A DNA stretch of 32,000 nucleotides from Raphidiopsis brookii D9 (GCA_000175855.1 ACYB01000020.1:90001-122000); one strand, 5' to 3'. Positions 1 to 8,637 are shown, numbered from the stretch's first letter. The notes: generated by a model not told the origin, from the letters alone. Translations and numbers: made by a program.

Positions 1-111
1 TAAATGCTCACTTTCTAGCTGCTGTTGTTCGTACTGTTTGGCTATATCAGGAGTATGAGCAATAGCTTCCCAGGCTTTTTCTGTAAATTGGTTAGGATTA
101 TTTGGCTGCAT
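1..111 (-). CDS. clpB: ClpB-type AAA+ disaggregase, first 37 codons only; the gene continues off the left edge
   Basis: Too short for the ORF track. The reverse strand from ATG at 111..109 reads MQPNNPNQFTEKAWEAIAHTPDIAKQYEQQQLESEHL with no stop before position 1. This matches the conserved Clp_N opening of cyanobacterial ClpB as I remember it. Confidence 0.6.
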   Translation of the reverse strand, partial: MQPNNPNQFTEKAWEAIAHTPDIAKQYEQQQLESEHL

Positions 112-212
112 ATTTTTTCATAACTCATAAACAACTCTGTTTAATTCTAATAGGGGATTCAGCTATTTTGGGATCGGTCTTCCTCTCCTGATAATGTAGT
201 ATTATCCGGTAC

Positions 213-1343
213 TTAAGTTAGAGTCTTTTGCGGCAAATAACCCTCAACTAAACAGTCACAACCAACTGTACGCCAATTAACCCGTTCTAAAACCAAAGAT
301 TCAGTCATAGAGTTCAAGCCCAAGTCACCAACGGGCGTAGGTGCGTATATACCACCAATAATTTTGGGAGCAATAAAAGCCAGGACTTTTTGCACTGCAT
401 TTTCGGCAATTGCTCTTGCAGCTAAAGTTCCCCCGCATTCCCACAGCACGGTACAAAAGCCACGCTCATACAGATGAGCCATTACCAGTCCCGGTGTTAA
501 TAGAGGTAGTTCCAGGACTTCTACACCCTTTTGGAGTAACATTTGCTGAAAATTAGGTGAACTACCTTCCTGAGTCAATACCAAGGTAGGAGCTACCCCG
601 GTGTCCCAAAGATGGGCATTTTCTGGCAAATTCAAACTAGCACTCATCACTACTCTCAAGGGATTATATCCTGCTTGTTGGTGAGTTGTTAACTGAGGAT
701 TATCCCGTCTAACTGTATTACCACCAACAATTACAGCATCACAAGCCGCTCTGAGTTGATGAACTTCGCTGCGGGCTTGATTGTTTGTAATCCAAGTGCT
801 GTGTCCAGAATTACTGGCAATTTTGCCATCTAAGGTCATGGCATACTTCAAAATGCCTAAAGGTTTCTGGTGTAGAATACGATAGACAAAACCTTCATTT
901 AGTTTCTGACAAGCTTCTTCTTCCACTCCTACAATTACCTCTATACCTGCTGCACGTAGTCTAGCAATACCAGCGCCAGCTACCAATGGGTTAGGATCAA
1001 CCATCCCCACAACGACTTTAGCCACACCCGCGTTAATTAAAGATAGAGAACAGGGAGGAGTCCTTCCATAATGGTTACAAGGTTCGAGACTTACATAAAT
1101 AGTGGCTCCACGAGCCCTTTCCCCAGCAGCTCTCAAGGCAAAAACTTCCCCATGGGGCTCGCCAGCACGAGGGTGAAAACCTTCGCCGACAATTTCCCCG
1201 TCTTTGACCACCACTGCTCCCACTAGGGGATTGGGGGAAGTGCGTCCCAAAGCCAACCGCGCTAATTGTAAACACCTTTGCATCATTAGCGCGTCAAACT
1301 CTATATCTAATATATTTGATGGTACTGTGAGTGGGGTTAACAT
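213..1343 (-). CDS. ribD: Bifunctional riboflavin biosynthesis protein RibD (pyrimidine deaminase / uracil reductase)
   Basis: 376 aa. Zinc deaminase motifs PHGEVFAL and LEPCNHYGRTPPC. C-terminal RibD_C-like reductase segment KYAMTLDGKIA. Confidence 0.9.
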   Translation of the reverse strand: MLTPLTVPSNILDIEFDALMMQRCLQLARLALGRTSPNPLVGAVVVKDGEIVGEGFHPRAGEPHGEVFALRAAGERARGATIYVSLEPCNHYGRTPPCSLSLINAGVAKVVVGMVDPNPLVAGAGIARLRAAGIEVIVGVEEEACQKLNEGFVYRILHQKPLGILKYAMTLDGKIASNSGHSTWITNNQARSEVHQLRAACDAVIVGGNTVRRDNPQLTTHQQAGYNPLRVVMSASLNLPENAHLWDTGVAPTLVLTQEGSSPNFQQMLLQKGVEVLELPLLTPGLVMAHLYERGFCTVLWECGGTLAARAIAENAVQKVLAFIAPKIIGGIYAPTPVGDLGLNSMTESLVLERVNWRTVGCDCLVEGYLPQKTLT

Positions 1344-1386
1344 TAGCTATTTTCCACCTGATAACTACATGATAAATTACAAGTTA

Positions 1387-2025
1387 TTAACTACGAGTTA
1401 ACTTAATAATTTTTTGCCACCAATGATTGAGAGGGTAATACACTACAGGAGCCCAAAGACTGCTAAGAATAGCAGAAGAAAGAGTAGATCTCTGGTAGTA
1501 TATCCGAATATCCTCGATCATCTCGAAACAATTAGGTCTACAACTATTATTCGTAAAGAATAACTGAACAACAAAAACAGTGTTTGATATAAGAACCATG
1601 ATAAATACTATCAAGGCAATGGAAATAAAATCCTCCTTAATAAAACGCTGTTTTTGCAGTCGACTAGTTAGTATTCCTACAATTGCTAGGCTCAAGGCGT
1701 GGGAAGGATGAGGTGCTGTTAAAGCATCTTGCAACAATCCCACAATTATACCCGCGAATGCACCAGCAATCGTGGGACGTTTGACACTCCAAGCCACTAG
1801 CCAAATCAATGGCCAGTTAGGTGCTATTCCCAATAGCTCTGTACCCAAAAATCTGGTTGGTGACATTAACAAGCATGCAAGCGCGGATGCAAATATAACT
1901 ACCCAATTCAAACCTTTGCGTAACCAAGGGTACCAGTCCTTCAGTGGGGGAATTAAGGGCTTTGATTCTTGGTGTTTTTTGCTTGGATCGTTATTTTTAC
2001 CTCTAAAAAATCCAGAAATTTTCAT
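1387..2025 (-). CDS. mreD: Rod shape-determining protein MreD (polytopic membrane protein)
   Basis: 212 aa with several hydrophobic helices. Lies directly downstream of mreB-mreC on the same strand. The call rests mainly on synteny. Confidence 0.65.
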   Translation of the reverse strand: MKISGFFRGKNNDPSKKHQESKPLIPPLKDWYPWLRKGLNWVVIFASALACLLMSPTRFLGTELLGIAPNWPLIWLVAWSVKRPTIAGAFAGIIVGLLQDALTAPHPSHALSLAIVGILTSRLQKQRFIKEDFISIALIVFIMVLISNTVFVVQLFFTNNSCRPNCFEMIEDIRIYYQRSTLSSAILSSLWAPVVYYPLNHWWQKIIKLTRS

Positions 2026-2081
2026 TGCTTTACCAGATTGGGTAGAAATACTCAGTTTCTGAAGGATCAGATTTTCTTTAG

Positions 2082-2888
2082 TTATTTATTGCTCTGGTTA
2101 TCCTTAGTCTTGTTTGGTATCGCCTCCAGCTTTGTGGTTACATGGGGATATATCATCACCCAGTCCAAATAACGAATTGGTGGAAACAATTCCACTTTAG
2201 CTAATGGGGCCGGTAATTTCTTTAAATCTAAAGACTTTATTTTACCTACTGGTTCACCAGGTGGAAATTTTTGACTGTAGGTGGAAGTGACTACTAAATC
2301 CCCTACCTTAATATTAGGGACTTTCTCATAAAACTCTAACACTCCCTCCCCAGAATAATCACCCCGCATAATACCTTTGGCTGCAGTTCGACTAATAGTT
2401 ACTCCTACTTGACTTGTGGCATCGCTAATTAGTAAAATACGACTAGTATGGGGGGTGACTGTCTGCACCAAACCCACTAGCCCACCTTCTGCTTTCACTA
2501 CAAAACCCGGTTTAATCCCTACTTTGGCTCCTCTATTTACAGTCACTTGTTGCCACCAATGGTCTGCACTACGTCCTACCACTCTTGCTACTACTGGACG
2601 ATTAGAAGCGCCCCCCTTCTCTACATAACCCATTAACTTTTGTAGTCTTTGATTTTGGGTTTGTAATTCGACTACGCGAGTTTGTAACTCCATCACCTTG
2701 GCATCACGAATTCTATTGTCAGTAGTATTACTAGATTGCAAAGTAGTTAAAGGAGACATGAAAGATTGGTATAGTTCCATTAATAACTCACCATTCTTCT
2801 CCTTTATTGTCCAAGCGCCACCCAATATTAAACCTAAGAGTGCTAGTTTTAATGTCTTATTTTCCCACCAACGCCTTGTAGTAAACAT
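2082..2888 (-). CDS. mreC: Rod shape-determining protein MreC
   Basis: 268 aa. N-terminal TM helix (LALLGLILGGAW), a coiled-coil segment (ELQTRVVELQTQNQRLQKL), then a beta-rich domain. Sits between mreB and mreD. Confidence 0.85.
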   Translation of the reverse strand: MFTTRRWWENKTLKLALLGLILGGAWTIKEKNGELLMELYQSFMSPLTTLQSSNTTDNRIRDAKVMELQTRVVELQTQNQRLQKLMGYVEKGGASNRPVVARVVGRSADHWWQQVTVNRGAKVGIKPGFVVKAEGGLVGLVQTVTPHTSRILLISDATSQVGVTISRTAAKGIMRGDYSGEGVLEFYEKVPNIKVGDLVVTSTYSQKFPPGEPVGKIKSLDLKKLPAPLAKVELFPPIRYLDWVMIYPHVTTKLEAIPNKTKDNQSNK

Positions 2889-2999
2889 TTGTACCTTGAT
2901 TTAACAGCTAATGGATTAGTCAGTCAGTGTTTTAGTAAAAAACAGTAATAGTGGCACCCATCAAACATTTTAATGATGATTTTTAACTCTTATTATTAC

Positions 3000-3052
3000 T
3001 TAGTGGATACTATCCAATCCTAATAGTTTAGATGGATTCGAGTATCCACTAA
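3000..3052 (-). terminator. Stem-loop in the mreB-mreC spacer; possible attenuator, partial terminator or mRNA-stability element
   Basis: Perfect 12-bp inverted repeat: ttagtggatact (3000-3011) and agtatccactaa (3041-3052). An inner aatcc/ggatt pairing is also possible. It lies between the mreB stop (3076) and the mreC start (2888). Confidence 0.3.
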
Positions 3053-3075
3053 AGTAGCACTAAGAATTTTATGTG

Positions 3076-4137
3076 TTACGTGTTACGAGATCTTCCACTA
3101 AACACACGTTCAAGCTGCTTGAAGTTTTCTAGTACACGTCCAGTTCCCAAAACTACACAGCTCAAGGGATCCGCAGCTATGTGGGTTACGATACCAGTTT
3201 CATGACTAATTAGTGTGTCTAGTCCTTTGAGTAGTGCACCACCTCCTGCCAACATGATACCTCTATCAATAATATCGGCTGCCAGTTCCGGTGGTGTTCT
3301 TTCTAAAGTACGTTTAACTGCTTCTATTATAATTGCTAATGGTTCTAGCATGCTTTCACGTACTTCTTGTCCTTGCACTGTGACTGTTCTTGGCAATCCA
3401 GAAAGCAGGTGGAGACCTCGAACTTCCATACTCCCCTGCTCCTCCTCGGTGCTGGGGTAGGCGGAACCAATGCGGATTTTAATTTCCTCTGCTGTTCTCT
3501 CCCCAATTACCAAATTATGAACTTTCTTCATGTACTGAATTATGGACTCGGTCAGCTCATCACCAGCAATCCGAACTGACTCGCTGACTACTGTTCCCTG
3601 CAAGCTAAGTACAGCTACTTCTGTAGTTCCCCCACCAATATCGATAATCATATTACCAGTGGGCTCTGCTACTGGTAAACCAGCACCAATAGCTGCTGCT
3701 ACTGGTTCGTCAATTAGATATACTTCCCTAGCTCCCGCTTGAGTAGCTGCATCCATAACAGCTCTTCTTTCCACTCCCGTAACTCCACTAGGAATGCCAA
3801 TGACAATCCTGGGGAGGAGCAGAGGTTTGCCTTCATTTACCCTTTGAATGAAGCTTTTTAACATTAGCTCGGCTGTGTCAAAGTCGGCTATAACACCATC
3901 ACGAAGGGGTCGAACTGCTATAATATTGCCTGGAGTTCTACCCAGCATCCTTTTGGCATCCTCTCCCACTGCTAAGGCTATTTTTTCATTCTGATCGATC
4001 GCCACTACCGATGGTTCCTGTAGTACTATGCCTTTACCAGACACATACACTAGGGTGTTAGCTGTACCGAGATCGATACCCATATCCCATGACGAGCGGA
4101 AGTTTCTAAAGAAAGGAACCACGCTTAATGCCCCCAA
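3076..4137 (-). CDS. mreB: Rod shape-determining actin-like ATPase MreB
   Basis: Motifs MGIDLGTANTLVYV and DIGGGTTEVAV, and full-length actin/Hsp70-fold similarity. The true start may be the internal GTG (VVPFFRNFRSSWDMGIDLG) rather than TTG at 4137. Confidence 0.95.
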   Translation of the reverse strand: MGALSVVPFFRNFRSSWDMGIDLGTANTLVYVSGKGIVLQEPSVVAIDQNEKIALAVGEDAKRMLGRTPGNIIAVRPLRDGVIADFDTAELMLKSFIQRVNEGKPLLLPRIVIGIPSGVTGVERRAVMDAATQAGAREVYLIDEPVAAAIGAGLPVAEPTGNMIIDIGGGTTEVAVLSLQGTVVSESVRIAGDELTESIIQYMKKVHNLVIGERTAEEIKIRIGSAYPSTEEEQGSMEVRGLHLLSGLPRTVTVQGQEVRESMLEPLAIIIEAVKRTLERTPPELAADIIDRGIMLAGGGALLKGLDTLISHETGIVTHIAADPLSCVVLGTGRVLENFKQLERVFSGRSRNT

Positions 4138-4398
4138 ATTTCATTAATTTCAATGTTAACAGTTAGGTGTTATTATTCTGGATCTCAGACACATCCTAGT
4201 CTAACTCCAGTTGATCAGACTATTTTTCCAGTAATTTTCTGGATATTTTCAGCAATTAGTTAGTCATAGGCATCTCCTTTACTCTATTCTTGATCTACTG
4301 AGTACAACCGCAAAATCGGGGAGAATATTCTCTCAAGAATTAACTACCATATTTCATGGGTTTTCACAAGAAAATTTCCCGCCTTGATAATGGTTAAA

Positions 4399-4427
4399 TT
4401 GTCAATACCCCATTTGTCTGTTATAAT
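4399..4427 (+). promoter_or_regulatory. Sigma-70-type promoter candidate for ssb
   Basis: TTGTCA (4399-4404), 17-nt spacer, TATAAT (4422-4427). This is about 43 nt upstream of the ssb ATG at 4470. Confidence 0.45.
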
Positions 4428-4469
4428 GTAACCTCATTTCTTTTTGGAAACAAGGTAACGGTAACACAA

Positions 4470-4533
4470 ATGAGCATTAATGTTGTCACTTTGGTGGGAC
4501 GTGTCGGTGGCGATCCCACTATCAAATATTTTG
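4470..4533 (+). CDS. ssb: Single-stranded DNA-binding protein, exon 1 (MSINVVTLVGRVGGDPTIKYF plus the first base of a Glu codon)
   Basis: Absent from the ORF track because the unspliced frame stops at 4545-4547. The N-terminus is the canonical SSB OB-fold opening. The exon ends immediately before the GTGCGAC intron 5' end. Confidence 0.8.
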
Positions 4534-5273
4534 GTGCGACCCGTTAAGTGGAAAACCAAGCCCTAGCCTGGAAACCATTACAAGGATGTGGCTGTGTGCC
4601 TACTTCACCTTGAAACTTAGCTCCTGAGAGGGTGAGATTTCTAAGAAATATGAGAAAACTATAACAAATGTCAATAAATGCTCATAGATTAAAATCTGTA
4701 ACAGGCTTCTTAGAACTTCAATTCCCTCCTTCTAGATGCCAGAAGATGCAACGCCCCCACTTTTGGGACTGACAATCACCAAGGGTGAAGCGGGGAGTAA
4801 AGGAGGTAACTTTGAACCTGGCAAGGAATCCCTCCCAGCAGAGATGGGTATGAGTAAGGTAATCTGAATCTATGTTGGAGCCGTCGTCATTGATATCAGC
4901 CTACACAGGTTATTGGCTGTGCCAAAAGGCAAGGATTTGGGCTAGGCAATCCAAAATTTGACCTAGGGCATTCCCGCATAAACCCGGCGGATAGTAGGAC
5001 TCTAACCCCATCGTCAAGCAGGAGCTAGGAACGGGATAACCCCCCAATTTCTCTCTCAATGTTCCATTGGTGAGTAGGGAGTCACCCGGATGATTTTGGG
5101 GGGAGGGATTGGCTCAGAAGCCAAAGCCTTTGGGAAAGCCAAAGGATATGCAGACAGAGCCACAATAACTCAAAATAGGTCCCATTGAGTTATTGAGGAG
5201 CCGTGTGCGGTGAAAGTCGCATGCACGGTTTTGAAGCAGAGGTAACCAGGGTGACCTGTTTATCGACTGTAAC
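4534..5273 (+). mobile_element. ORF-less group II intron (740 nt) inside ssb
   Basis: The 5' end GTGCGAC matches the GUGYG consensus. Domain V at 5198-5231 (GAGCCGTGTGCGGTGAAAGTCGCATGCACGGTTT) has the AGC triad and a GAAA tetraloop. A 10-bp hairpin lies just upstream (5164-5173 / 5185-5194), and the 3' end is ...TGTAAC. A hairpin loop carries CAAAAT (4952-4957), complementary to the last six exon-1 nt ATTTTG, so it is a candidate EBS1. No ORF of 60 aa or more lies inside. Confidence 0.85.
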
Positions 5274-5572
5274 AGTCGGGAACTGTTAAGTGCGAGTTGA
5301 CTTTAGCAGTTAATCGCAGAACTCGTAATAGTGACCAACCAGATTGGTTTAATCTGGAAATCTGGGGCAAAACAGCAGAGGTGGCTAATAATTATGTCCG
5401 CAAAGGTGCATTAATTGGCATTAAGGGTTTTCTTAAGTTTGATACCTGGAGCGATCGCCAGACCGGTACAAACCGTTCCAAGCCCGTCATTCAAGTAGAA
5501 CAACTAGAATTACTAGGTTCTAAACGAGATAGCGAAGCTGGGATGGCTGATATACCGGCGGAGAATTTCTAA
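5274..5572 (+). CDS. ssb: Single-stranded DNA-binding protein, exon 2
   Basis: Joining 4533 to 5274 gives G+AG = Glu and the sequence ...IKYF-E-SGTVKCELTLAVNRRTRNSDQPDWFNLEIWGKTAEVA... The product is a 120-aa OB-fold SSB from 363 spliced nt. The track ORF 5297..5572 is the tail of this exon. Confidence 0.85.
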
Positions 5573-5591
5573 GCACCAAAGCAAAAAACCA

Positions 5592-5617
5592 GGCAGACGG
5601 GGATTTACCAGTCTGCC
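5592..5617 (+). terminator. Candidate intrinsic terminator after ssb
   Basis: 7-bp stem ggcagac/gtctgcc with a 12-nt loop, followed by a T-rich tail (atccgtatttattt). It starts 20 nt after the ssb stop. Confidence 0.4.
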
Positions 5618-5633
5618 ATCCGTATTTATTTAA

Positions 5634-5677
5634 GGGCGAACGATGGGACTTGAACCGACGAGTGGTGGAACCACAAT
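5634..5677 (-). repeat. Orphan copy of the 3' half of tRNA-His (anticodon loop to 3' end); putative distal att-type repeat
   Basis: gggcgaacgatgggacttgaaccGacgagtggtggaaccacaat matches 7878-7921 at 43 of 44 positions (the mismatch is at 5657). With one indel the match extends about 4 nt further. The offset is 2244 bp in direct orientation. Confidence 0.8.
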
Positions 5678-5766
5678 TCCACCAGAAGATTTCTGGGTCC
5701 TTGTCCAGAATTCAACGCTACGAGGCCAACTTGATGCCGCGCGAAGGCGAGGATCTCCATTGAGAA

Positions 5767-6741
5767 ATGTTGCATAATGTAAAGATACCGTTAGCGAAAG
5801 AAATCATGCAGACCGTTACACTTGGCGACCGCGGACCTAGCGTTAGTGCTTTAGGGATGGGGACTTGGGCTTGGGGAGATACGCTTTTTTGGGCTTATGG
5901 CAAATCCTTTGGAGAGTCGGAGGTAGCAGCAGCATTTCAGGCATCCTTGGCAGCAGGGATTACCTTTTTTGATACGGCGGAGATCTATGGTTTTGGAGAA
6001 TCAGAACGGCTACTCGGCCAGTTTTGTCAGCAAACCCAGCAGCCGGTTCAAATTGCGACCAAGTATTTTCCCTTGCCCTGGCGCTGGAATCGAGTCGCGA
6101 TCGTCGATGCCTTAACAGCCAGTTTAGACCGCCTACGAATGTCGCGAATTTGCCTGTATCAAATCCATTGGCCCTTGGAATTTTTGCTGAAAACCCAAGA
6201 CTTTATGGAAGTGTTAGCGGCGGAGGTTAAAAAAGGACGCATCCAAGCCGTAGGAGTTAGTAACTATGGGGCGAAACAAATGACCCTCGCCCATGAGTAT
6301 CTGGCGGCAAAAGGTATTCCCCTAGCGACCAATCAAGTCCCCTATTCCTTATTGACGAGACAAATTGAGAGCAACGGCATTCTCGACCAAGCTCGTCAAT
6401 TGGGCGTAACCATTCTCGCCTACAGTCCCTTAGCGCAAGGACTACTCACAGGCAAATATACCCCCGAAACTGCTCCCAGTTTGCAAGGCGCACGCCGTCT
6501 TGATCCCCGCTTCAGTCCCCAAGGGCTGAAAAAACTAGCTCCCCTAATTTCTGCCCTCCAACAAATTGGAGAAAAATATGACAAAACCCCGGCCCAGGTA
6601 TCTTTAAATTGGTTGATTGCCCAGGGAAATGTCATCCCTATTCCTGGGGCGAAGAATGCCAACCAAGCTAAGCAAAATGCGGGAGCTTTGGGATGGTTGT
6701 TGAGTCCAGAAGAGGTGGAAAGCCTAGGTACAATTGTTTGA
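5767..6741 (+). CDS. Aldo/keto reductase family oxidoreductase
   Basis: AKR hallmarks: LGMGTWAWG, FFDTAEIYG, IHWP and VGVSNY. The more likely start is ATG at 5806 (MQTVTLGDRG...). G+C is noticeably higher than in the flanks. Confidence 0.85.
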   Translation: MLHNVKIPLAKEIMQTVTLGDRGPSVSALGMGTWAWGDTLFWAYGKSFGESEVAAAFQASLAAGITFFDTAEIYGFGESERLLGQFCQQTQQPVQIATKYFPLPWRWNRVAIVDALTASLDRLRMSRICLYQIHWPLEFLLKTQDFMEVLAAEVKKGRIQAVGVSNYGAKQMTLAHEYLAAKGIPLATNQVPYSLLTRQIESNGILDQARQLGVTILAYSPLAQGLLTGKYTPETAPSLQGARRLDPRFSPQGLKKLAPLISALQQIGEKYDKTPAQVSLNWLIAQGNVIPIPGAKNANQAKQNAGALGWLLSPEEVESLGTIV

Positions 6742-6782
6742 TTGTGCATATCAATCATAAACCTTGAGATAGGTTACACACC

Positions 6783-7674
6783 ATGAGCGAATACCAATAC
6801 TATGAATTCCAAGCTATCGATCGCCCCCTAACCCCAAGACGAAAGAGCGGCCATCAGCCAGCTATCGAGCCGCGTCAAGCCAACGGCGACGAGCGCCAGT
6901 TTTACCTACAGTTACGGCGATTTTCATGGCGATCCCAAACAAGTGCTGGCTCAGTATTTCGATATTATGTACTACATCGCCAACTGGGGGACGCAGCAAT
7001 TAATGTTTCGTTTTCCCAAATCCCTCATTTCCCAAAAAGCAATTGAACCTTGCTGTATTGATAATTGTATCAGCTTATCTTTTGTGGGAGATTGGGCAAT
7101 TTTAGATTGGGAGTTTAGTCAAGAAGAAGGTTTTGATTACTGGATAAAAGGAGAAGGGATTCTGTCCGAATTGATAGGATTACGCCAAGAAATTCTCCAG
7201 CAAGACTATCGAGGATTATATTTAGCCTGGCTTAAAGCTATTGCCTTATCTGAGGAATATATAGACATCGATAATACCCAACTAGAACCTCCTCTACCCC
7301 CGGGGCTAAATCAACTTTCTCCATCTCAAAAAGCTTTTGTAGAAATCTTTGATTTGGACGAAAACTTATTAAATGTTGCTTGTGCATCTAGTGGTCAGCC
7401 AACAACTATCTCTGAGCAAGTTTGGCAACAAGCTATTACCAAATTATCGGCTTCTGAATGCCAAGATTTCTTATTGCGATTGTTGAAAGAAGAATCTAAT
7501 TTATCCGCTAAATTTAAACGAAGGCTATCTCAATTAATCCCTCCTTCTCCTGCTTCTAACCAGCCTCGACGCACAATCCAAGAACTTCTTGAGGCTAGTT
7601 CTGAAGAAGGAAAAAAGGCAGAAAAACGGCAACAAAAAAGAAGCAGAAGCCAATTCAGGAAGTCGAGTCCCTAA
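6783..7674 (+). pseudogene. Conserved hypothetical protein (MSEYQYYEFQAIDRPLT... family) with a +1 frameshift
   Basis: Track ORFs 6783..7046 and 6943..7674 are one gene. The second frame is open back to 6832 and reads PQDERAAISQLSSRVKPTATSASFTYSYGDFHGDPKQVLAQYFD. The frame switch falls in the C-runs at about 6823-6836. Confidence 0.5.
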
Positions 7675-7878
7675 TTCATAAAGGTTCACGGGAAGCTCAA
7701 CGGGGCGATCGCTCTGTGAAAGCCGAGTCTCGCTGAGAGCGACAATCCCATCATTGACCTCAAAACCAAAAGGACTCCCAAAACCACGAAACCCTTCCGT
7801 AATCAACAAAACTTTTATCATTTATCTAAGATAATTCCGAATTTTAGTCTAGCCTGAAATCGGAAGCCTTGAAAACAG

Positions 7879-7952
7879 GGCGAACGATGGGACTTGAACC
7901 CACGAGTGGTGGAACCACAATCCACTGCCTTAACCACTTGGCTACGCTCGCC
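7879..7952 (-). tRNA. tRNA-His (anticodon GTG) with encoded G-1
   Basis: The reverse strand reads g-gcgagcg-ta-gcc-aagtggttaa-ggc-a-gtgga-ttGTGgt-tccac-cactc-gtggg-ttcaagt-cccat-cgttcgc-c. This folds as a cloverleaf with a 7-bp acceptor stem, a G-1:C73 pair and a TTCAAGT T-loop. No CCA is encoded. Confidence 0.9.
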
Positions 7953-8056
7953 ACTAACTCTTCTAAATTAACACGACCAGATGAAAAAGATCAAGTTCCT
8001 TAGTAAAAATTCATCTTTTTTGTTAAATTAATCGGAAAGTACCTATTTTCCTTGAT

Positions 8057-8437
8057 ATGAAACTCTCTGTGATCATCACATCTCTAAGTGTACTGGCAAT
8101 AGCCGGTTTGGGAGTAACTATGGCCCATAGCAATCCTAGGGAAGTAACTTATCAGGAATACGCAGTGAAAAAAATAACTACTGTCCTCAAGACTGATGGT
8201 TGTCAGAAAGTGCCGATTTTCTTGCGCAACCTGGTTAAGTTTGACTGTAACCAGCTGGTTGATTCCGCTAAGTCACAGATTAGGGATGTGGTGGTTTCTA
8301 CTACAAAAAGACAAAACTATGTTTTGATGAGTATATATATCACCAACTTAAAAATTCATGACTCCCTACCAGGTTACACTTTTGAGACCCTAGGGGCCTT
8401 CAATAGTTTTTACACTTACAGAGTAAAACAGGAGTAG
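8057..8437 (+). CDS. Small exported or membrane-anchored protein, DUF4359-like
   Basis: 126 aa. N-terminal hydrophobic signal or anchor (LSVIITSLSVLAIAGLGV), then SNP..YQEYA...C...C...RQNY..SIY, a pattern I recall for cyanobacterial DUF4359. The family assignment is from memory only. Confidence 0.5.
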   Translation: MKLSVIITSLSVLAIAGLGVTMAHSNPREVTYQEYAVKKITTVLKTDGCQKVPIFLRNLVKFDCNQLVDSAKSQIRDVVVSTTKRQNYVLMSIYITNLKIHDSLPGYTFETLGAFNSFYTYRVKQE

Positions 8438-8448
8438 GAAGAAATAAT

Positions 8449-8637
8449 TTATACATTTACGGTGATGCTCTCAATTTGTTTAGCCGCTTTTTCCCATTGT
8501 TTAGCAGTATCTTCATCTTGCCAGTGAGTGCGGAGGTTTTCCGCTTTTTTATGGCAAATTCGTTCTAAGATCTCTAAAACTGCCGCCAGTGTGAGTTCAT
8601 CAACCAAATGTTCTATAGCGTGGGTTGGTTCATTCAT
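8449..8637 (-). CDS. Small hypothetical protein (62 aa, acidic, helical)
   Basis: Clean ORF with no overlap, transcribed divergently from cbiX. No recognisable motif. Confidence 0.45.
   Translation of the reverse strand: MNEPTHAIEHLVDELTLAAVLEILERICHKKAENLRTHWQDEDTAKQWEKAAKQIESITVNV

Noticed and set aside
3073-3086. Tandem heptamer gtgttac x2 at the mreB stop codon
   Set aside because: There are only two copies, which is within chance expectation.
3215-3742. Plus-strand ORFs of 66-81 aa (3215..3460, 3367..3579, 3542..3742)
   Set aside because: They lie entirely antisense to the strongly supported mreB CDS and have low-complexity Ser/Pro/Ala-rich translations, so they are shadow ORFs. The same reasoning applies to 1075..1275, 1204..1401, 1772..2172, 2416..2904, 6024..6230, 6420..6758, 9621..9932, 13509..13709, 16285..16473, 22094..22980 (minus strand), 24105..24410, 27129..27311, 29546..29956 and 31494..31679.
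7534-7821. Minus-strand 95-aa ORF next to tRNA-His, examined as a possible integrase or excisionase remnant
   Set aside because: It overlaps the 3' end of the plus-strand gene by about 140 nt. No tyrosine-recombinase or Xis motifs are recognisable. Only the first 40 or so residues look protein-like, which is not enough to call.
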